This document shows positions 1-13,119 of a stretch of 64,000 nt of DNA, piece by piece. The translations under genes were made by a program, and so were the position numbers. Below the pieces are notes generated by a model. That model ran no database searches. It was given only the letters and a program-made list of their open reading frames with translations, and had not been told where the DNA came from. This DNA is from Tricharina praecox (lineage: Eukaryota): contig NW_026250426.1 of assembly GCF_024521635.1 (NCBI RefSeq), positions 310,001-374,000 on the forward strand, in the 5' to 3' direction. Within the stretch, counting starts at the first letter, position 1, and each line of letters begins with the position of its first letter.

Positions 1-422
1 TGAGCAACCCATCATCTAGAGTCAACCGCCCCACAAAAGAAACCCCGCCAAAGAGGCATAAAACAAAAAACAACAAAAGCAAAAAGAAGAAACCCCATTG
101 GAACGCCATTTTTTCCATTTTAAATGTACACGAGTAAGGGGTGGTCAAGGTCAAGGTCAACGTAGAAAAAAACAAAAAGTTGGGTAGGACCACTACCCGC
201 GGCAGCAGCAGCAAAAGCGGCAGCAGTCGGTGGAGGAGGCAATCATTTTTGGTGGTGGAGGGTATTGTATTGTATTGAGGTTTGAAACACACTGGGAGAA
301 AGACTAGGCCTCCGCTACTACCACCGACAACGTATCCAATTAGTGCTCGAGCTTTAGTAGGTGACAATGATATCAGTGTGGTGGTGGTGGTGGTGGTGGT
401 AGTGGTGGTGAGGTATGCGGGT

Positions 423-1050
423 TTATAAAACGCTAGATGGAAGCCCCGCGTCAGTGTGTTCAAGGCTCTGCGATAGAACCAATATACGCACCCGAGGTAG
501 TCCTGTAGCATCTGTTAGTACGATTGTTGCGATAGAGTGATGGGCGAGAGAGACTACTGACCTCCTTAATGGATGCCGTAGCATACATCTTCCCAACATC
601 ACTCCTGATTCCCACCAGCTTCATGCGCACATGAGCGCCCTTGTTGATGACCTGCTCACCGCCATCACTGTACGCGGGCGGATTGGCGCTCTCATCAAAC
701 GGAATCTCTGACGGAATTGCCTGCTTGGAGACGAAGCACTGAAGCGATCCCACTTCGGCGAAGAAACCCATCTTGTTGACGTTCGTGACGACCGCATCGA
801 CGGTTTCGCCACGGAATGGCCGGTACACAATCGCCTTGTAGTGGATCGTGAACTCGGCGTCTCCGCGCCCCGGTATTATCTTGCCCAAGGTGATCTTTTC
901 GTGGTCGATCACACAGATGATGAAGAATTGCCCGGTACAGGATCCCTCCACGTCGTCGTGCAGCTTGTGGATTAGGTAGTCGCGCATGTGCGGGCCGAAG
1001 TACGACGGGTGCAAGGTGATGGTCTTTTCAAGCTCACGGATGAAGAACAT
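423..1050 (-). CDS. RPB7: RNA polymerase II subunit Rpb7 (3 exons: 1050-562, 502-492, 432-423)
   Basis: MFFIRELEKTITLHPSYFGP...RPFRGETVDAVVTNVNKMGFFAEVGSLQCFVS is Rpb7-like. Two GT-AG introns (561-503, 491-433) with branch sites restore the conserved C-terminus SIKEDYLGVL*. Confidence 0.95.
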
Positions 1051-2299
1051 TTCGGCTGCGGTGTGGGGTGAGATATGCCGTCGTTGGCGAGGCGCGCGGA
1101 GGTGTCGAGAGGGTTCGACTGCGTGTTCGGAGCTCTAGGAGGCGGCGCGCTGGTCGTTCAAGTAGCGACCTACTGCTGTTGCTGCTGCGCTGTTACGCTG
1201 TTGTGCTTCTGTGCTGCTAGTGGTAAGATTGATCGAGGGTCGATGGAGATCGGCGGAGTTGGTCGTAAGGTCGTGATAGGTGGCGGAAGGCAGGTAGGCG
1301 GTGATGGTAGAAACGCGTTGAGCCTTCGAGAAGGGGAGCCGACGACGATGAGGAGACCGCGAAGGAAGGAGGCGATAGTCGTCTCGTTTGGCTATTCCCT
1401 TTGGAGGTGATGGTGACCACGGCGAAGGAGGTGATGGTGACCACGGCGAAGGAGGCGATGTCGGGCGACGCGGTGGTGGTGGTGGTGGTTTGTAGTGGTG
1501 GTGGGTGCCCGTGTTGTTGGATGAGAGGGAGGGAGACGTGACAAGAGTCAGTGGTTGTTGCAGCCGCGATGGGTTTGGGTGTCACTGGCGGCGCTTCTTT
1601 TTTGCGTCCGGATAAAGCCGCAACGAACGACGAAAAGCCGTGAGGGGGACAGAGGTCGTGCTTGGGAAAGAGAAGTCGAACAGAGTGAGATAGACGTTGA
1701 TCTGAACCATCCCCATTCGAGAGCGACTCATGACGTCTGTCTGGTCTTCTTCGTATGCGAAAATCTATCACTCTCTTCCCCGACCATCGCCCGCCACGAG
1801 CACTCGGCAAATGAGGCTCTGCTGGCCACGGCAAAGTCGTCTTGCGGAGTAGCAGCGAAGCAAATAAGCAACAGCATTAAATCACCGAAATAGGCACGAA
1901 TTAACAATCAAAAGTAAAGGTCGAAGTATTGGAGAAGGAGAAAGATGAGCGGAATCAATTTCCATCGGCAAGACCGTGTTGAACAGATTGTTCCTCTCTG
2001 TCCTGATATTGGACTTCATATCGACGAGGCACAATCCTCACGCCCAAGACACAATCGCATTGTCCGGGCCAAGTCGGGTCAACTCGCTACCTGATTGGCC
2101 TGTTTCGTTTGTGTGGTCGGCTCGGTCTGGCGGGTTGCCCTGCAAAATTCCCCCCCATCAAATCAAATCGACCACACCTCCTCTCCCCCATCCCACTACT
2201 ACTACCACCACCACCCCCAACCCATCCCCAACTCAGAGGGCCTGCGGCATATCTCCTCTCTCCCCTCTCCTTCACGAAACTACACTTCCTATATACAAA

Positions 2300-4516
2300 A
2301 TGTTCAGAACGGCTCTCCGCCAAACCACCCGCACCGTCGGGGCCCTCTCGGCTGGGAGGATCGTTGCGGTACGTTCTGTCTGAGAAACCCTCCCTGCTTT
2401 GTCCGAGGTCCAGAATTTTCAGCATTCCGTCATCCAAATCCCGCAACCCCAACAAACCAATCCCATCGGCAACACCCGACAAACATCGTCGACCTGCTGG
2501 GCTTGTTGGATTCGAGGAGATGTTGGATGGATTCAATTAGGAATTGGTGGCGCATTGACGGATTGTGGGTGGGGTATGCGGTGGCTGACGTCGGTGAATC
2601 TCGGTCTTATAGGCACGAAATGCCGCCCCCGCCATTGTCTCGCACGTCCGCAACTACGCCGGCGAGGCCAAGGCTTCCCCCACAGAGGTCTCCTCGATCC
2701 TTGAGGCCCGCATTCGGGGTGTCCAGGAGGAGGCTGCCATGGCCGAGACCGGACGTGTCCTGTCGGTTGGGTAAGAATCACAGCCATATTCCTCGGATAA
2801 ACGAGGTTCCGAAAAAAAAAGTTACGGTTATTCATGCGGGTGCACAGTGACGGTATCGCCCGTATCCACGGTCTTACCAATGTCCAGGCCGAGGAGCTGG
2901 TCGAGTTCGCTTCCGGCGTCAAGGGTATGTGCTTGAACTTGGAGGCCGGCCAGGTCGGAGTTGTGCTTTTCGGTTCGGACCGTCTCGTCAAGGAGGGTGA
3001 GACCGTCAAGCGTACCGGAGAGATTGTACGTATTATCCATTGCCCATCCATCCATCCATCCATCTACATGGTTGATGCCGTTGTGCAACCCCACCCCCAC
3101 CCCCACCATCGACGCACGGACAGTCCAAACTAACCCGACTTCTCAAGGTCAACGTTCCCGTCGGACCGGAGCTTCTCGGACGTGTCGTCGACGCCCTGGG
3201 TAACCCCATCGATGGAAAGGGTCCCATCAACGCCAGCGAGCGCCGCCGCACCGAAGTCAAGGCCCCCGGTATCTTGCCCCGTACCTCCGTCAGGGAGCCT
3301 GTCCAGACCGGTCTTAAGTCCGTCGACGCCATGGTCCCCATTGGACGTGGTCAGCGTGAGTTGATCATTGGTGATCGTCAGACTGGTAAGACTGCCGTCG
3401 CTCTTGACACCATCCTGAACCAGAAGCGATGGAACAACGGCACCGATGAGTCCAAGAAGCTCTACTGTGTCTACGTCGCCATTGGACAGAAGCGTTCGAC
3501 CGTCGCCCAGTTCGTGCAGACCCTTGAGGAGAACGATGCCATGAAGTACTCCATCGTTGTTGCTGCCACTGCCTCCGAGGCCGCTCCTCTCCAGTTCTTG
3601 GCCCCCTTCACTGGATGTGCCATCGGAGAGTGGTTCCGTGACAACGGCAAGCACGCCGTCATCATCTACGACGATCTGTCCAAGCAGGCTGTTGCCTACC
3701 GTCAGATGTCGCTGTTGCTTCGTCGTCCTCCCGGACGTGAGGCTTACCCTGGAGAGTAAGTTTACACAAGATATACCAGAACAAATCGCATCGTATGCTA
3801 ACAATTTGCAACAGCGTCTTCTACCTGCACTCTCGTCTTCTCGAGCGTGCCGCCAAGATGGGTAAGGCACACGGCAGCGGATCGCTGACCGCCCTTCCCA
3901 TCATTGAGACCCAGGGTGGTGACGTATCTGCCTACATTCCCACCAACGTCATTTCCATCACCGATGGACAGATCTTCTTGGAGTCCGAGCTGTTCTACAA
4001 GGGTATCCGACCTGCCATCAACGTCGGTCTTTCCGTCTCCCGTGTCGGTTCGGCCGCCCAGGTCAAGGCCATGAAGCAGGTTGCCGGTTCCCTGAAGCTT
4101 TTCTTGGCTCAGTACCGTGAGGTCGCCGCCTTCGCCCAGTTCGGTTCCGACTTGGACGCCTCGACCAAGTCCACCCTTGCCCGTGGTGAGCGTCTGACTG
4201 AGCTGTTGAAGTAAGTCCACCGTCTATCCCTCGTGACGATTATGAAGGATGAGGTTTTAACAACCATCGCAGGCAGAAGCAGTACCAGCCCATGGGTGTT
4301 GAGGAGCAGGTTCCCCTCATCTACGCCGGTGTCAACGGTCATCTTGACAGCATCCCCGTCGCCAGGATCGGACAGTTCGAGACCGACTTCTTGGCCCACT
4401 TGAAGTCCAACGAGTCGGACCTGTTGGCCACCATCAGCAAGGAGGGTGCTCTGTCGAAGGAGCTGGAGGCTAAGCTGAAGGAAGTCACCGTCTCCTTCGT
4501 AAATTCATTCTTGTAA
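2300..4516 (+). CDS. ATP1: Mitochondrial F1 ATP synthase subunit alpha (exons 2300-2368, 2613-2770, 2848-3025, 3148-3755, 3815-4210, 4273-4516)
   Basis: Arg-rich presequence [37 protein letters not shown] (P-loop), [23 protein letters not shown] and [13 protein letters not shown]. Five GT-AG introns join the ORF pieces in frame. Confidence 0.98.
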
Positions 4517-4970
4517 ATGCTGTTTGCGGGGTGAGGGGGATTCCTTTTGCGGGTTGTGTGTAGTGTAGGATCTGTCATAGACGCAGTGCTTTTTCCAAAA
4601 CTGTATTTAAAAGCGTCTTAATTTCAGAAACGTGTGGGATGCGTTTTGCTCTTGGTCTACAGAGAAAGCGGATCCTCCTCCACAACGTATATCTGCTCAA
4701 CCGATGACAAAAAAACGATCCATCAATGATAAGATATTTTTCTCAACGTGCTGCCGGTCCGCTGTTCCCGTAGGGAAGCAGCCATTCGCTCGATGCAAGG
4801 GGGCAGGGGGTGGGTTGGCACAGATCACCGTCGGCAACCGGGGGGCGCAGGGTGTGAGGGTACGTGCACACGCCTGAGCTCTCGACAGCTATCCCTCCGC
4901 TTCCATTCCAATCACAACAACACTTCTCACGGCACCCCATAGCTCACAAACCCACAATAGTCGGGTAGCG

Positions 4971-7840
4971 ATGTCAGGCCCCGAACCCTACCGCGACCGT
5001 GACGACGAAGTATCCGCCAGCTTTTCACCTCCCGACACCACACGGGACTCCATCGACAGCACCTCCACCACCTCGCTGATCCTCGAGCGCATCAATACTC
5101 AGCACAAGACGCCGCGCTACGATGATCCCGAAAAGCCCGAGGGCGTGTTTTCCGACGATGAAGACGACGATGACGACGACGACCTCGAGTGCGGCAGCGG
5201 GCGGCTGGGAGGCGTGGGCGGCACGAAGCATACCATTGAGAAGAAGATGACGCGGGCGGTGTACATCGTTGGCGGGTTGCTTGTTGCCAGTTGGTTGCTC
5301 GCGCTCGTCGTGTATCTGTCTCGCGAGGCGTACCGCTACCAGTCCTCGCCGCATGATCCCGACGCGACGGTGATGAAACCGGGAAAATCGATCACGATGG
5401 AACAGGTGCAGAGTGGCATGTGGCGGGCGAGGAAAAAGGGCATCAGGTGGATCAACGGCGAGAAGGATGGGCTCATGTTGGTGCCGAATGGGGCCGGCGA
5501 CCAGTTCCTAGAGGTTCAGGATGTCAGGGACGAGGCTAATCGTAGGGTCCTCATGAAGAAGAGGAGTGTGGAGTGGGAAGGCCAGACGATCACTGTCAGC
5601 CAGTATTGGCCGAGTCCGGATTTGAAGCATGTTCTGTTGGCCAGTGAAACGCAGTCGGTAGGTTTTATGCGCTGTGTTCTCGTACGAGGAGATGCTAATT
5701 TATATGGCGGAGGTAGCATTGGAGACATTCGTTTTCGGCGAAGTATTGGCTCTTGAATGTGGATACACAGAAGGCGGAGCCGTTGATCCCCGGGAAGAAG
5801 GATCAGCGACTCTCACTGGCCGTGTGGGCGCCGACCAGCGATGCCGTAGCTTTCGTGCAGGACAACAATCTCAAGATTCGGCAGCTCTCGGACAGTGGGG
5901 ATACCATCGCGGTTACCACGGACGGCGGTACGGATACCTTCTACGGCATCCCTGACTGGGTATACGAAGAAGAGGTATTCGCGGGTGCCAAAGCGCTATG
6001 GTGGAGTGAGGACGGAAAACACGTGGCATTCTTGCGTACGAATGAAACCAAGGTTCCCGAGTATCCTCTCCAGTACTTCGTCTCCAGGCCATCAGGGGAG
6101 TACCCGCCCGAGGAACTCGAGAACTATCCAGAGCTAGACTTTATCAAGTATCCCAAGGCTGGCGCGCCGAACCCCGTGGTCGACCTGCAGTTCTTCGATC
6201 TCGAAAAGAAACAGGTCTTCTCGGTCGATATCAAGAATGATTTCCCGGATGATGATAGACTAATCACGGAGGTGGTGTGGGCCGGGGCCGAACAGGTTCT
6301 CATCCGTGAGACCAATAGGGAGAGTGATCTCCTTAGGATGATCTTGATTGACGTTTCCACTCGCTCTGGAAAGGTGGTCAGGGAGGTTAATGTTGCTGAG
6401 CTTGATGGAGGCTGGTTCGAAGTGGTGAGTTTTCCTTCCTTCTTTCCGCTGGAGGATGATAGCTGATTAATGCAGTCACAATCTACCGCATACATTCCCG
6501 CGGCACCTGAGAAGGGCAGAAACGAGGCTGGCTACATCGATACTGTAATCCACGAGGGCTACGACCATTTGGCATACTTCACCCCATTGGACTCTGAGGA
6601 GCCCATTCTCCTGACTCAAGGCAAATGGGAGGTCGTCGATGCCCCCTCCGGTGTCGATCTTGAGAATAATCTGGTTTACTTCGTCGGTACCGAACGCTCC
6701 CCAATTGAGCGTCACGTCTACAGTGTCAGGCTTGACGGCACCGACATGAAGGCGCTCACCAACACTTCCGCCGACGGCCGTTACGATGTATCCTTTTCTG
6801 AACGCGGCGGGTATGCCCTACTCAGCTATAACGGCCCGGGCATCCCGTGGCAAAAAGTCATTGGCACCCCAACCGTCGACCCAAAGTTCACCCAGACCCT
6901 CGAAGACAATGCAGCCCTGGCGAAACTCGCGAGCGAATACGAGCTCCCAACCTTCCACTACTCGACGGTCAACGTCGACGGCTTCGATCTGCAAGTCCTC
7001 GAGCGCCGACCTCCCCACTTCAACCCAAAGAAGAAGTACCCCGTCTTGTTCCACGTCTACGGTGGTCCCGGCTCCCAGCTCGTCACCAAAGCCTTCAACA
7101 TCGACTTCCAAGCGTATGTAGCCGCAGGCCTCGAATACATTGTCGTGACTGTCGACGGCCGAGGCACCGGCTACATCGGCCGCAAAGCCCGCTGTGCCGT
7201 TCGCGGCAACCTCGGCTACTGGGAATCCCACGACCAAATCAGCACTGCCAAGATCTGGGCCAAGAAACCCTACGTGGACGCCAGTCGCATTGCCATTTGG
7301 GGCTGGAGCTATGGCGGGTTCATGACGCTCAAGACGCTCGAGCAGGACGCAGGACAAACGTTCTCCTACGGAATGGCTGTCGCCCCTGTCACCGACTGGA
7401 GGTACTACGACAGCATCTACACTGAGAGATATATGCACACCCCGCAGCATAATACGGAGGGCTACGACAATGCCACAGTCTCGAATATGACGGCGTTGCG
7501 CAGCAATGTCCGTTTCCTCCTGATGCACGGTGTGGCAGACGACAACGTCCACTTCCAGAACAGTCTTACGCTCCTTGACCGCCTTGACGTTGCAGGGGTA
7601 GAGAACTACGACGTCCATGTCTTCCCGGATTCGGATCATAGTATTTATTTCCGTAAGTTCCCCCATCCCCTTGAGTTTCTTACTTACGACTAACAACCTG
7701 TAGATAATGCAAACCGAATGGTCTACGATCGCCTACGACAGTGGATCATCCGCGCGTTTAATGGCGAGTATGTGGGGCTGGATGACTTGAAGCCGGTTCA
7801 AAATCTAGTCATTGCTGCGGATTCGAGAGAGAAGGTGTAA
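4971..7840 (+). CDS. dapB: Dipeptidyl aminopeptidase B (peptidase S9B, type II membrane protein); exons 4971-5657, 5717-6424, 6476-7652, 7704-7840
   Basis: N-terminal TM ([21 protein letters not shown]), [20 protein letters not shown], and catalytic motifs GWSYGG, DDNVHFQ, DSDHSI. Three canonical introns. Confidence 0.95.
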
Positions 7841-8163
7841 TTGAGTGGGTGAGGGTGTATGACTATTAGTATGAGCATGGTGGATCTTGGGAGTCTTTGG
7901 TTTGATGAGCTTTATTTGGACGTGTCGGATGATTGGATGTGTGGGATGCGAATGGATTTTGTCGACGTCATGATTTTTATGTGGCGATACAGAATTCCAA
8001 TTTATTTCATTAGACCAGAAATCCATAACTGCGAGTGACGGAGAATGAGCTTTGTTGTAGGTTTTTTTTTTAGGGGCCCTAGATACCTCCACCCCTGCAA
8101 GCGCTCGTCATTCAAACATCGACTTGCCCGCCACACCAAACAGCCGCTCAGCTCACGAACCCA

Positions 8164-8525
8164 ATGGCCAAATCCAAGCCTGCGCCCACAGCATCTGTGG
8201 CCCCGCACATATTCAAACGTCGGGGCGTCATTGTCTCGATCTCGGCCATCGTCATCATCGCGGTGGGCGCATTTACAGGCGCGATGATGAAAACCGACGT
8301 CCAAAAGACCGCCATGGTGCGACAGGTGCAGACCGAGAACCTCGAGGAGAGACTTGACCGGTGAGTCTCACATGCCGCCGCTGGGGGGGAATTGGGGGAG
8401 GGGTGCTGATTGGGGGGTATGTACATAGGTTGAAGGGCTACCGGGCGATATTGGAGCGCCAGAAGTCGGGGCTCGAGGGGAAGATTTCCGTGCTGCAGGA
8501 GAAGCGGGCGGAGGAGAATACGTAG
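8164..8525 (+). CDS. Small (97 aa) single-TM, coiled-coil protein of unknown function; intron 8361-8428
   Basis: ATG in CCAATGG context; hydrophobic GVIVSISAIVIIAVGAFTGAMM; a GTGAGT...GCTGAT...CATAG intron joins in frame to LKGYRAILERQKSGLEGKISVLQEKRAEENT*. Confidence 0.7.
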
Positions 8526-8600
8526 TGGTAGTGGTAGTGGTAGCTGGGGGAATCATTTCATTCATCATACTGTACAATACTATGCTGTTATGCTATGCTG

Positions 8601-9157
8601 TTATGCGTCCTCGACCCGCGCCTTCCGGATCATCAACTCGTCCACCGGTCTGTCGTCCCTGTCCGTCTTGACCATTCCCATCCGCTGCACAATCCGCATC
8701 CCGCTCGTCACCCGCCCGAAAATCGTGTGCTTGCCGTCTAGCCACGGCGTGGGCGCAAGTGTGATAAAACTACCGGTACCCCCCGTCAGCCCTCAGCCCT
8801 CAGCCCTCAGCCCTCGTCGCCTATCGCCCCCGACAAGGAGCATACGTACAATTGACTCCCATTCGTGTCCGGCCCGCTGTTCGCCATACTCAAGATCCCG
8901 GCACCGGTATGTTTCAGCGAGGGATGGATCTCGTCCGCGAACTTCCCGCCGTAGATGGAGCTTCCGCCGCGCCCGGTGCCGGTGGGGTCGCCGCCTTGGA
9001 TCATGAAGTCGGTGATCACACGGTGGAAGGGACAGCCATTGTAGTAGCCACGGGTAACAAGGCCTTTGAAGTTCTCGCAGGTGCGTGGTGCGTGGGACTC
9101 GTACAGCTCAAAGGTTATCGAGCCCATTGAGGTGTCGAGGGTTATTAGGGTGGTCAT
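8601..9157 (-). CDS. cyp1: Cyclophilin-type peptidyl-prolyl isomerase, PPIL1-like (exons 9157-8850, 8769-8601)
   Basis: [62 protein letters not shown]; one GT-AG intron at 8849-8770. Confidence 0.93.
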
Positions 9158-9362
9158 TGTATGGTCGTATTTGGGGTGTGGTGGTGGGTGAGGGCGAGTG
9201 GGTGTGTGGGTGTGCGGGTGGGCGACGCGTGAAGTGGTGGGGACGCGCCGGGATGGAGGCTCAAACTGGTCGACATGGCTCATAGAAGCGACATCATAGC
9301 TCTTTTTATATTACAGCTACCCCACCATCCATTGCATCGCCTCACCCACAACCTCATTCACC

Positions 9363-11053
9363 ATGGCTACACCAAACACACATCTTCAAGCATGGGCTCT
9401 CCCACGTCTAAAAGCTCTGATAGACTACCTTACAGACGAAGATTTGCTACAGGCCATTACCTACAGCGCCTCGCTCCCGGACGCTGTCCAAGCCGCAGAC
9501 AACTTCAAGGTAACATTCCTTGTTCGAGAGTGAGAGGGAAGAGGTACCTTACTGAGCTAAATTATTAGAGCATGCTTGGAGAAACCGATGAAACCCTCAC
9601 ATTCATCTCGGACTTCAACAGCCGCGCCTTCCCCCCATCGCAGCCAGCAGCTCCCACTCCAACTCCAGCCCAGGGAGGTCGTGGCGGTGGCCGTGGTAGA
9701 AAACGAGGAGGGAAAGCGATCAACCACTACAAGCAAGAGCCACGGCGCGCGAATGACGGACAGGAAGCACTCTTCGCGAATCCGCAGGGTGTCTACAACA
9801 AGAAAGACAACGATCTAGAAGACGAGTACTACACCGGATCACGCAAGGCGACGCCGACGGGTTCGCTAAAACCCACCCCCACGAGCTCCGCGAGACCCTC
9901 GCCGTCGTCAAGTTCTACCAACCTCGTCTCGACGTCATCTTACGCCGCGGTCTCGAAGCCCCCGACGCAGGGAAAACTAACTTCCGACCTCGTCGACAAG
10001 AAGCCGAAGCCTGCTCCCGCCGCAGCAAAATCAAAGCAGGAGAAATATGTCTACACAACCTCGGGCGGCACGGCGATGCGTGGCGCCACGGCCGAGCTTA
10101 CCGATCTCGAGTCGGCGCTGCGGGCTCTCGAGATGTCGACGAATCCTACGCTCAACAATCGCACCCGCAAGTTGTGTCCCTGTCAGGGCCTTACGCACGA
10201 GGTGCTGCAGGCTGCACCGAATTGTTTAGCGTGCGGAAAGATCATCTGTTTGAAGGAGGGACTGGGACCGTGTACTTTCTGTGGTGCACCGCTGTTGTCC
10301 CCGGATGAAGTGCAAGACATGGTACGCTCGTTACGTGAGGAGGCCGGCAAGGAGAAAATGGCCATCAATGCGTCGCAGAATAAGCGCGCGGAGGTGTCCA
10401 AGACCCCCCGGCCGTTCTCTGCGGCACCAGAGGTGGGGAGGGCGGATGATGAGAGCTTGAGGAAGGCGCAGGAGCACCGTGATCGCCTGCTTGGTTTCCA
10501 GGCGACGAGTGCCCAGAGGACGAGGATCATCGATCAAGCTGCGGACTTTGAGACCCCGCTGACGGCTGGCGGCTTGAATCAATGGGCCACTCCTGCCGAG
10601 CGCGCGCTACAGTTGAAACGACAGCAGAAGCAGATGCGGTTGGTTCAGTGGAGTGCGAAGGAGAAGTATGAGAAGCAGAGGGTTGTCGTGGCAATTGACC
10701 TCAGTGGGAAGAAGGTGGTCAGACAGATGCAGGATATTGAGCCACCCTCGGATTCGGAAGAGGAGGTGGGGCAAGAGACGGAGTACGATCACTCGATCTC
10801 GCGCGGCGGGAAGGGGAAGGAGAAGGCTGGCAGTGGTGGTATGTACGCGAGGAACCCGCTGCTCAAAGGGTTGATCAAGCCTGTGTATGAGGCGAAGAAG
10901 GGGTCGAAGAAGGAGATGCACGATGCTCTTGCGGCCAGGGGCACGGGCTGGAGGAGGGTGCAGGATGATCTGGCGGATAATGAGAGAGTCATCCTCGATG
11001 GCGGAGTGCGGGGCATCCAAGGCGATAAGGGAGATGAGATTCCCTGTGGATAA
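9363..11053 (+). CDS. RQT4: ASC-1/TRIP4-like C2HC5 zinc-finger protein (RQT4 family); exons 9363-9509, 9569-11053
   Basis: CPCQGLTHEVLQAAPNCLACGKIICLKEGLGPCTFCG zinc finger; HRDRLLGFQATSAQRTRIIDQAADF; upstream exon MATPNTHLQAWALPRLKAL joined by intron 9510-9568. Confidence 0.85.
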
Positions 11054-11248
11054 GCGCGAAGGATGTTGTACCCGTCTTGTTTGGCCTGGCCAATTGTGCA
11101 ATGCATCTGTCTATCAACAAAGTAATTGGTTCGGCTGAAAAAAATGTACCCAAGAATGAAACCCCATCCCACTTGAGCCGCTGACTTTTGTTACAAATAC
11201 ACACGTCTATGATGATATCACCGTATCTCTTCCCTCGCATCGGTCGGC

Positions 11249-11871
11249 TTAGTACCCCCTTCCCACCGTCCTCACCACAAACGCCTTCTCCATACGGCGT
11301 GTGTGTTCCTTGAAGTCTGCAACCTCCTTCCAACAATCAAGCGGCCTCGTGTTACTGCCCCCATTAGCACTTCCGTACCTCCACCGCATCCCTCCCAACT
11401 CGGCGAGTAGGTACTCACTTGTTCCTGAGACACCCGAGCACACTCTGCCTCGCAAGTTCCACGCCCTCCTCCAGCTCCATCAACTTCGGAATCCTGTCGA
11501 GCCGCTCCCTCAGCGCCTCGATATCGTGCTGCACTTTGACCCGATCACCCTCGCCTTCCTTCACCTCGGCTTGCTGCAGGCGCTCATCGATGCCGGCGAG
11601 GACCTGGCCCTCGCGCGCCTCGAGCCGCGCAAGCTCCTCGGCCACCCGCGCTTGGATGTGCAATTCCAGCTGCTTCTCGCGCGTGCTGTCCGTCTCACTC
11701 GACTGCGTGAGCGTCGTCACCAGGCTGTTGGAGAAGCGGATTGGGGTTTGTCTGTGGTGCGGACGGTGTCAGCCGGGGAAGGGGACAAGAGGATGCGGAG
11801 GAGAATGGGGGGAGAACATGCCCGTGGATGACGATCGGCTCGCCCGACGGCTTGGAGGTACTGCTTCCCAT
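11249..11871 (-). CDS. MIC19: MICOS complex subunit Mic19 (DUF1690-like); 3 exons, first intron GC-AG (11821-11752), second intron donor at 11418
   Basis: Myristoylation-like MGSSTSK start; TPIRFSNSLV...ETDSTREKQLELHIQARVAEEL; C-terminal CLRNNNTRPLDCWKEVADFK motif. Confidence 0.88.
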
Positions 11872-13048
11872 GGTGGTGGTGGAGGTAGTTGTGCGGTGGC
11901 CGACGGTGAGTGCGGGTACGGGTGGGCGTGGGCGTGGACGTGGGCGTTTGCTGGTGCGATTGCCGGTTTGCGTTGACGTCGTCTGCTCGGTTCGGGTGCG
12001 AGAGGCTTGGCGATAGCAACCCCACGTGAGGTCCATCGGGTGTCACTCGGAGTGGTTCAGTTTGAGGAAGCGGTCCATATGTGGAGTATAAGGTATTGAG
12101 TATGTACTCCTCAAGCAGTGATGATCATCTCTGAGTACTCAGTTTCTAGTAACGCGCCTTACCAGCTCTTAGCAACTAGAGCCAGCCAGCTGTGTCACCG
12201 CATCGACCAGTCACCAACCTCACATGTTTCCTACAGTAGGTAGAGTGAGTACCCAGACTCCAGCACACAAAAACAACCAAAAATGGCGTGGAACGGGAAG
12301 TTCGAAGAGATTCCCGAGCCATTAATGAGTTTCCAAGCTCGGTGAGTTTAATTGTAACACGCCGCCACGCCGCTAAAGTGCGAGTCATGAGCTGTGCATT
12401 GTGACGTCGGAGTATCACTCGTTTTCCATCCGCACTCACTAAAAAAAGCAATTCTGGAGGGGAGAGGGGGTTGATGATCTCTATGGTATTCCTCGGTTTC
12501 CCGTTAGTTCGGGCGGGATACTCCGAGTAACTACTGACGGCAGTGAGCTTCGGGCGCCTCCCGCAGAACTGCCGTGGGATCCACCGCAACCACCACTACC
12601 ATCCCCACCATGCACTTGCCAGCTCCGCCAGGGATGAAAGCCGACCGAGGTACACCCGGCAGTGCTTGCTTGCTTAGAAAAACTCGGAGGCCGGTGAGAC
12701 TGGAGTGCAGAAGATGCAATCATGCAGATCCATGCCTAAGACTCGGCGAAGAAGGCTATCGTACCTACCGGTGGGGTAGACTAACTAACGAAGCACCAAA
12801 AATTGGGACAGATGTGCCTTACACCTTCTGCCGACAACAGCCCTTCCAGATCAGTCAGGGTGTTCCCCGAGCTCGAGCTCGATCTGTTGGTTCACTGTTC
12901 AGCTAAAAGATATACATAGGCAAGACAGACGTAATTATGCACCTACTTGGGCATAGCTAATCCGAGTGTAGTCAAGTCTAGCGCGGTGATGTATAGTTGA
13001 CGTGAAAACAGAAAGAAAAGAAGTAGCAAAAAGAAACCACAAGATAAG

Positions 13049-13119
13049 TGCATCCATCGGGAGTCGAACCCGAGCCAATTGCTTGGAAGGCAATTATCCT
13101 ACCGTTGGACCATGGAAGC
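13049..13119 (-). tRNA. tRNA-Gly(TCC), intronless, 71 nt
   Basis: Reverse complement folds as a cloverleaf: GCTTCCA/TGGATGC acceptor (U3-U70 mismatch), GTCC/GGAT D-stem, ATTGC-CTTCCAA-GCAAT anticodon arm, TCGGG-TTCGACT-CCCGA T-arm; T-run terminator downstream. Confidence 0.93.

Noticed and set aside
1217..1834. 205-aa minus-strand ORF upstream of RPB7
   Set aside because: Non-ATG start, driven by repeats (24-bp duplication, ACC runs), no recognisable domain.
2369..2612. Hairpin or snoRNA in the long ATP1 intron 1
   Set aside because: The C/A-rich 5' half and G/T-rich 3' half suggest pairing, but I found only short complementary stretches and no convincing C/D or H/ACA boxes.
6818..7696. Long antisense ORFs over dapB, ATP1, RQT4 and POP1
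   Set aside because: Shadow ORFs caused by the codon bias of the real genes.
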